64,000 nucleotides of DNA, from contig CAYTZB010000001.1 in the NCBI GenBank assembly GCA_964442455.1, forward strand, positions 85,910 through 149,909. Reading direction: 5' to 3'. The stretch's first letter is position 1. Each line of letters starts with the position of its first letter. Of the stretch, positions 61,399 through 64,000 are shown piece after piece. The notes beneath the pieces were generated by a model. It had not been told where the DNA came from. It ran no database searches and saw only the letters and a program-made list of their open reading frames with translations. Origin of the DNA: an uncultured Gammaproteobacteria bacterium. Lineage in GTDB: Bacteria > Patescibacteriota > Microgenomatia > UBA8517 > JACQJR01. Position numbers and translations under genes: made by a program.

Positions 61399-61761
61399 TT
61401 AGTTATTGAATTCAGTAACTGGTTTTGATTCAACGACTCCATTCTTAAAACAAGTTTGGACAAGGTAGTAAGAAAAGTCAGCGTATGGCCATAATTTACC
61501 ATCTGTTGAATATCTCCAACAAATGTAATTAGGATTATTACTTCCATAGTTATGCTTATCAAGTGGTTTACCCAGTATAGCCTCTACTTGTTCTTGAGTC
61601 ATTCCAAGTTCAACTCTGTTAAATTTTTCCCACGCAAAATCTTTAGCAAAAATGGTATCGACATAAGGATTAAATGGAAAATGCATTTCTAAAGAAGAAT
61701 ATAGTTTTAAACCTAGAAGTAAAACGAGGATAGCAAGGACAATCTTAACTTTTTTGTTCAT
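61399..61761 (-). CDS. small secreted hypothetical protein
   Basis: N-terminal signal-like VKIVLAILVLLLGLKLYSS. Confidence 0.45.
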   Translation of the reverse strand: MNKKVKIVLAILVLLLGLKLYSSLEMHFPFNPYVDTIFAKDFAWEKFNRVELGMTQEQVEAILGKPLDKHNYGSNNPNYICWRYSTDGKLWPYADFSYYLVQTCFKNGVVESKPVTEFNN

Positions 61762-61800
61762 AAATCTAACTTTCTGTGTATTTTTGTAGATAACTGTTGA

Positions 61801-61855
61801 TTGGAGCGGGTGATGGGATTTGAACCCACGGCCTCTTCCTTGGCCCTGCCATTTC
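61801..61855 (-). pseudogene. tRNA 3' fragment (possible variable-arm hairpin, T-arm, acceptor 3' strand and CCA) without a 5' half
   Basis: The reverse complement is ..GGCCAAGGAAGAGGCC GTGGG TTCAAAT CCCAT CACCCGC T CCA. It directly abuts the 3' end of tRNA-Gly. Confidence 0.4.
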
Positions 61856-61929
61856 TGGAGCGGGATACGGGAGTCGAACCCGTCTTTCTACCATGGGAAG
61901 GTAGTGTTGAGCCGCTCAACTAATCCCGC
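61856..61929 (-). tRNA. tRNA-Gly (anticodon CCC), CCA encoded
   Basis: The reverse complement is GCGGGAT TA GTTG AGCGGCT CAAC A CTACC TTCCCAT GGTAG AAAG ACGGG TTCGACT CCCGT ATCCCGC T CCA. Discriminator U as expected for Gly. Confidence 0.85.
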
Positions 61930-62035
61930 ATAGGATATGGCGGGGTACCGCTGAACTACGTCCGCACTTCATCTTTCTTTTCATTTTACCACAACCACAA
62001 AGACAGGCTTTTAATTAAATGAAACCTATGCGAAA

Positions 62036-62665
62036 TTAGCGGGGTAGGTTCAAAATGTTCCCTGCGTGAATAAGGTCGGGATTTGCTAATTCATTCGCTT
62101 GGGCTATTTTTACCCACTGATACCCATCTCCATACGCTCGAACCGCAATATTCCAGAGATTATCATCTCGCACAACAGTATAAGAGTCACCAGTGATAGC
62201 ATTACCTGATATATCAGCAGAAACAGTGGGAGATGTCGCTGCCTGTACTACTTTCGGTTCAACTTTAGGAATTATTAATGTTTGTCCTACTGCGAGTAAA
62301 TTTGCATTCAAAAGATTATTTTCACGCGCTATATCCACCCAGTTGTAACCTGAATTGTAATATTTTTCGGCAATTCCCCACAGGTTTTCACCAGCGCTTA
62401 CCGTATGTTCTGTAGGCAAGGTGGGTGTTAGTCTTTCCTCTGTTGTTATAGATCCGGGAGTTGTAGTGGTTCGTAGTCCTCGGAAATAGTTGATAACTAG
62501 GATACCGACGACTACCACCACAATTGCACCAAGTAGCATGCTTATTGTTCCTTCATTAAGCTTAACTGCCTTGAGTATATTTTTAAGGTCCATTATGTGA
62601 CTTTTCACCTCCTTCCTTGATATAGGCAGGCCTGCCTGCGCAGACAGGAGTTTGTGAGCAGTCAA
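62036..62665 (-). CDS. LysM-domain peptidoglycan-binding protein (two LysM repeats, N-terminal TM)
   Basis: YTVSAGENLWGIAEKYY and YTVVRDDNLWNIAVRAYG LysM motifs. Confidence 0.8.
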   Translation of the reverse strand: MTAHKLLSAQAGLPISRKEVKSHIMDLKNILKAVKLNEGTISMLLGAIVVVVVGILVINYFRGLRTTTTPGSITTEERLTPTLPTEHTVSAGENLWGIAEKYYNSGYNWVDIARENNLLNANLLAVGQTLIIPKVEPKVVQAATSPTVSADISGNAITGDSYTVVRDDNLWNIAVRAYGDGYQWVKIAQANELANPDLIHAGNILNLPR

Positions 62666-62684
62666 TAAAAGTTTAGCTGTTCTG

Positions 62685-62757
62685 CGGACCCGACCGGAAT
62701 CGAACCGGCGATCTTCCGCGTGACAGGCGGATGTGTTAACCGCTACACCACGGGTCC
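62685..62757 (-). tRNA. tRNA-Asp (anticodon GTC)
   Basis: The reverse complement is GGACCCG TG GTGT AGCGGTTA ACAC A TCCGC CTGTCAC GCGGA AGATC GCCGG TTCGATT CCGGT CGGGTCC G. Discriminator G. Confidence 0.85.
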
Positions 62758-62833
62758 ATTTTGCTTACTATATCATAAGCTTCTTGGTCTCGTCAACAAG
62801 AGGTGATATTATTAAAGTGCCAACCTTTGTAGG

Positions 62834-64000
62834 ATGAAAATGCATCGTAACATGACTAATCAGGAGGTTGCTCAGCTTCTTCAAGCTGTTGCTGCGGCAC
62901 ACCAGTTAAAACCTGGCGGGGCAAATACCCGTTTCCGAGTAGTAGCCTATGAGCGAGCTGCAGATGCCGCTGAACACGCAACAAGTGAACTCAAAGACGT
63001 TTGGGAAGAAGGGAAGCTTGATACCATTCCTGGTTTTGGTTCAAATATTACTGGGTACTTAGACGAGCTTTTTAAAACCGGCAAAGTTTCGCACTTTAAA
63101 ACAATCTTTGCCGGGCTGCCTCCTGCTCTTTTTGAACTTATCCGGGTTCCGGGAGTAGGAGTGAAAACAGCATTCAAATTGACTAAAAAACTTGGAATCA
63201 AAGATGAAAGCCGTGCTATTGAGTTACTCGAGCGTGCCGCTAGGGAGGGGAAAATCCGCACAATTCCAGGTTTTGGGGAAGATTCCGAGGCTGATATCAT
63301 ACGCAGTATTGAGGAAATTAAAGGACGGACGGGAAGAATGCTTCTGCCCTATGCAACCCAAATTGCTGAGGATGTGGTCGGTTGGTTGCGGAAACACCCA
63401 GCAGTAGTGCGTGCTGACCCTCTAGGAAGCCTCAGGCGTCAAGTTGCGACCGTAGGTGATGTTGACGTTGCTGTTGCCTCTAAAAAGCCCCGAGAAGTCA
63501 TTGAACACTTCACAAAGTATCCTAAAAAGGCACGGGTACTTGAGGCAGGAGAACGCACGTCTTCTATTGTTCTACCTGGGGGTTCACAGGTTGATCTGAT
63601 GGTTCAGCCTCCAGAGTCTTACGGCTCACTTCTTCAACATTTCACAGGCTCAAAACATCATAATATTGCTCTTCGTGAGTTTGCTCTGAAACACGGGATG
63701 AGCCTATCGGAGTATGGGATTAAGATTCATGGGAAACTTCGTAACTTTAAGACTGAAGAAGAGTTTTATAAGGCACTAGGCCTTGACTGGATTCCACCAG
63801 AATTACGGGAAGATACAGGAGAGATTGAGGCTGCCCTTGAGGGAAAATTACCAAAATTAATTGATATAGATGACATTAAAGGCGACCTCCATTTACATTC
63901 AAGTTTTCCAATAAAGACCAGCCATGACGAGGGGACTGCAAATTTTGAGGAAATGATTAGAAGAGGAGAAGAGCTTGGATATCAGTATCTTGGTTTTAGC
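62834..64000 (+). CDS. polX: DNA polymerase X family protein with PHP domain (3' end outside window)
   Basis: N-terminal HhH motifs (IPGFGSNITGYL, VPGVGVKTAFKL), the nucleotidyltransferase motif GSLRRQVATVGDVDV, and PHP-domain onset DLHLHSSF. The start could be ATG 62834 or ATG 62852. Confidence 0.8.
   Translation, partial: MKMHRNMTNQEVAQLLQAVAAAHQLKPGGANTRFRVVAYERAADAAEHATSELKDVWEEGKLDTIPGFGSNITGYLDELFKTGKVSHFKTIFAGLPPALFELIRVPGVGVKTAFKLTKKLGIKDESRAIELLERAAREGKIRTIPGFGEDSEADIIRSIEEIKGRTGRMLLPYATQIAEDVVGWLRKHPAVVRADPLGSLRRQVATVGDVDVAVASKKPREVIEHFTKYPKKARVLEAGERTSSIVLPGGSQVDLMVQPPESYGSLLQHFTGSKHHNIALREFALKHGMSLSEYGIKIHGKLRNFKTEEEFYKALGLDWIPPELREDTGEIEAALEGKLPKLIDIDDIKGDLHLHSSFPIKTSHDEGTANFEEMIRRGEELGYQYLGFS

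Noticed and set aside
61801-61855. A second complete tRNA adjacent to tRNA-Gly
   Set aside because: Only the variable, T and acceptor 3' half is present. No complementary 5' acceptor strand or D-arm can be placed without overlapping tRNA-Gly. It is called a fragment.

Overview
This 64-kb window (about 40-42% GC, compact gene spacing) comes from a small-genome bacterium. Several traits suggest, by inference, a Patescibacteria/CPR-like lineage: a single-chain archaeal-type GlyRS, a DUF4012 protein and giant multidomain proteins. The backbone is an almost complete division and cell-wall (dcw) cluster on the + strand: mraZ, rsmH, ftsL, ftsI, murE, murC, murB, murF, murA, mraY, murD, ftsW, murG, ftsQ-like, ftsA and ftsZ. 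Flanking genes are manC' (5' partial), a polyprenyl-phosphate sugar transferase, a DUF4012 protein, recO, glyQS, ileS (probable), rodA, rplU, rpmA, parB, lepB, a cell-surface glycosylation cluster (methyltransferase, GT4, two GT2, O-antigen-ligase-like), typA, a LysM protein, polX (3' partial), and tRNAs Val(CAC), Thr(CGT), Gly(CCC) and Asp(GTC). The conserved dcw cluster is interrupted by three accessory insertions, each bounded by a duplicated stretch of native sequence (an imperfect 38-bp repeat, the murE promoter, or the ftsZ 3' end). The first is three hypothetical genes between ftsI and murE, with a duplicated murE promoter and a hairpin-containing repeat of about 75 nt. The second is a block of about 9.5 kb between ftsA and ftsZ that encodes a 590-aa protein, a 2057-aa fusion of an SNF2-family ATPase to a complete primary-like sigma-70, and an acidic 451-aa protein. 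The third is a 2.8-kb insertion just downstream of ftsZ that carries an SF2 helicase with five C-terminal tandem repeats. It is flanked by a perfect 39-bp direct repeat of the ftsZ 3' coding end, and both copies re-encode the FtsZ C-terminal peptide with different synonymous codons. Other signals are a 114-bp palindromic MITE/RPE-like element in three copies (one inserted in frame inside murC), a family of extended -10 (TGnTATAAT) promoters placed for leaderless translation, MraZ-box repeats at the dcw promoter, a MurA with Asp in place of the fosfomycin-target Cys, and tRNA fragments flanking tRNA-Gly.
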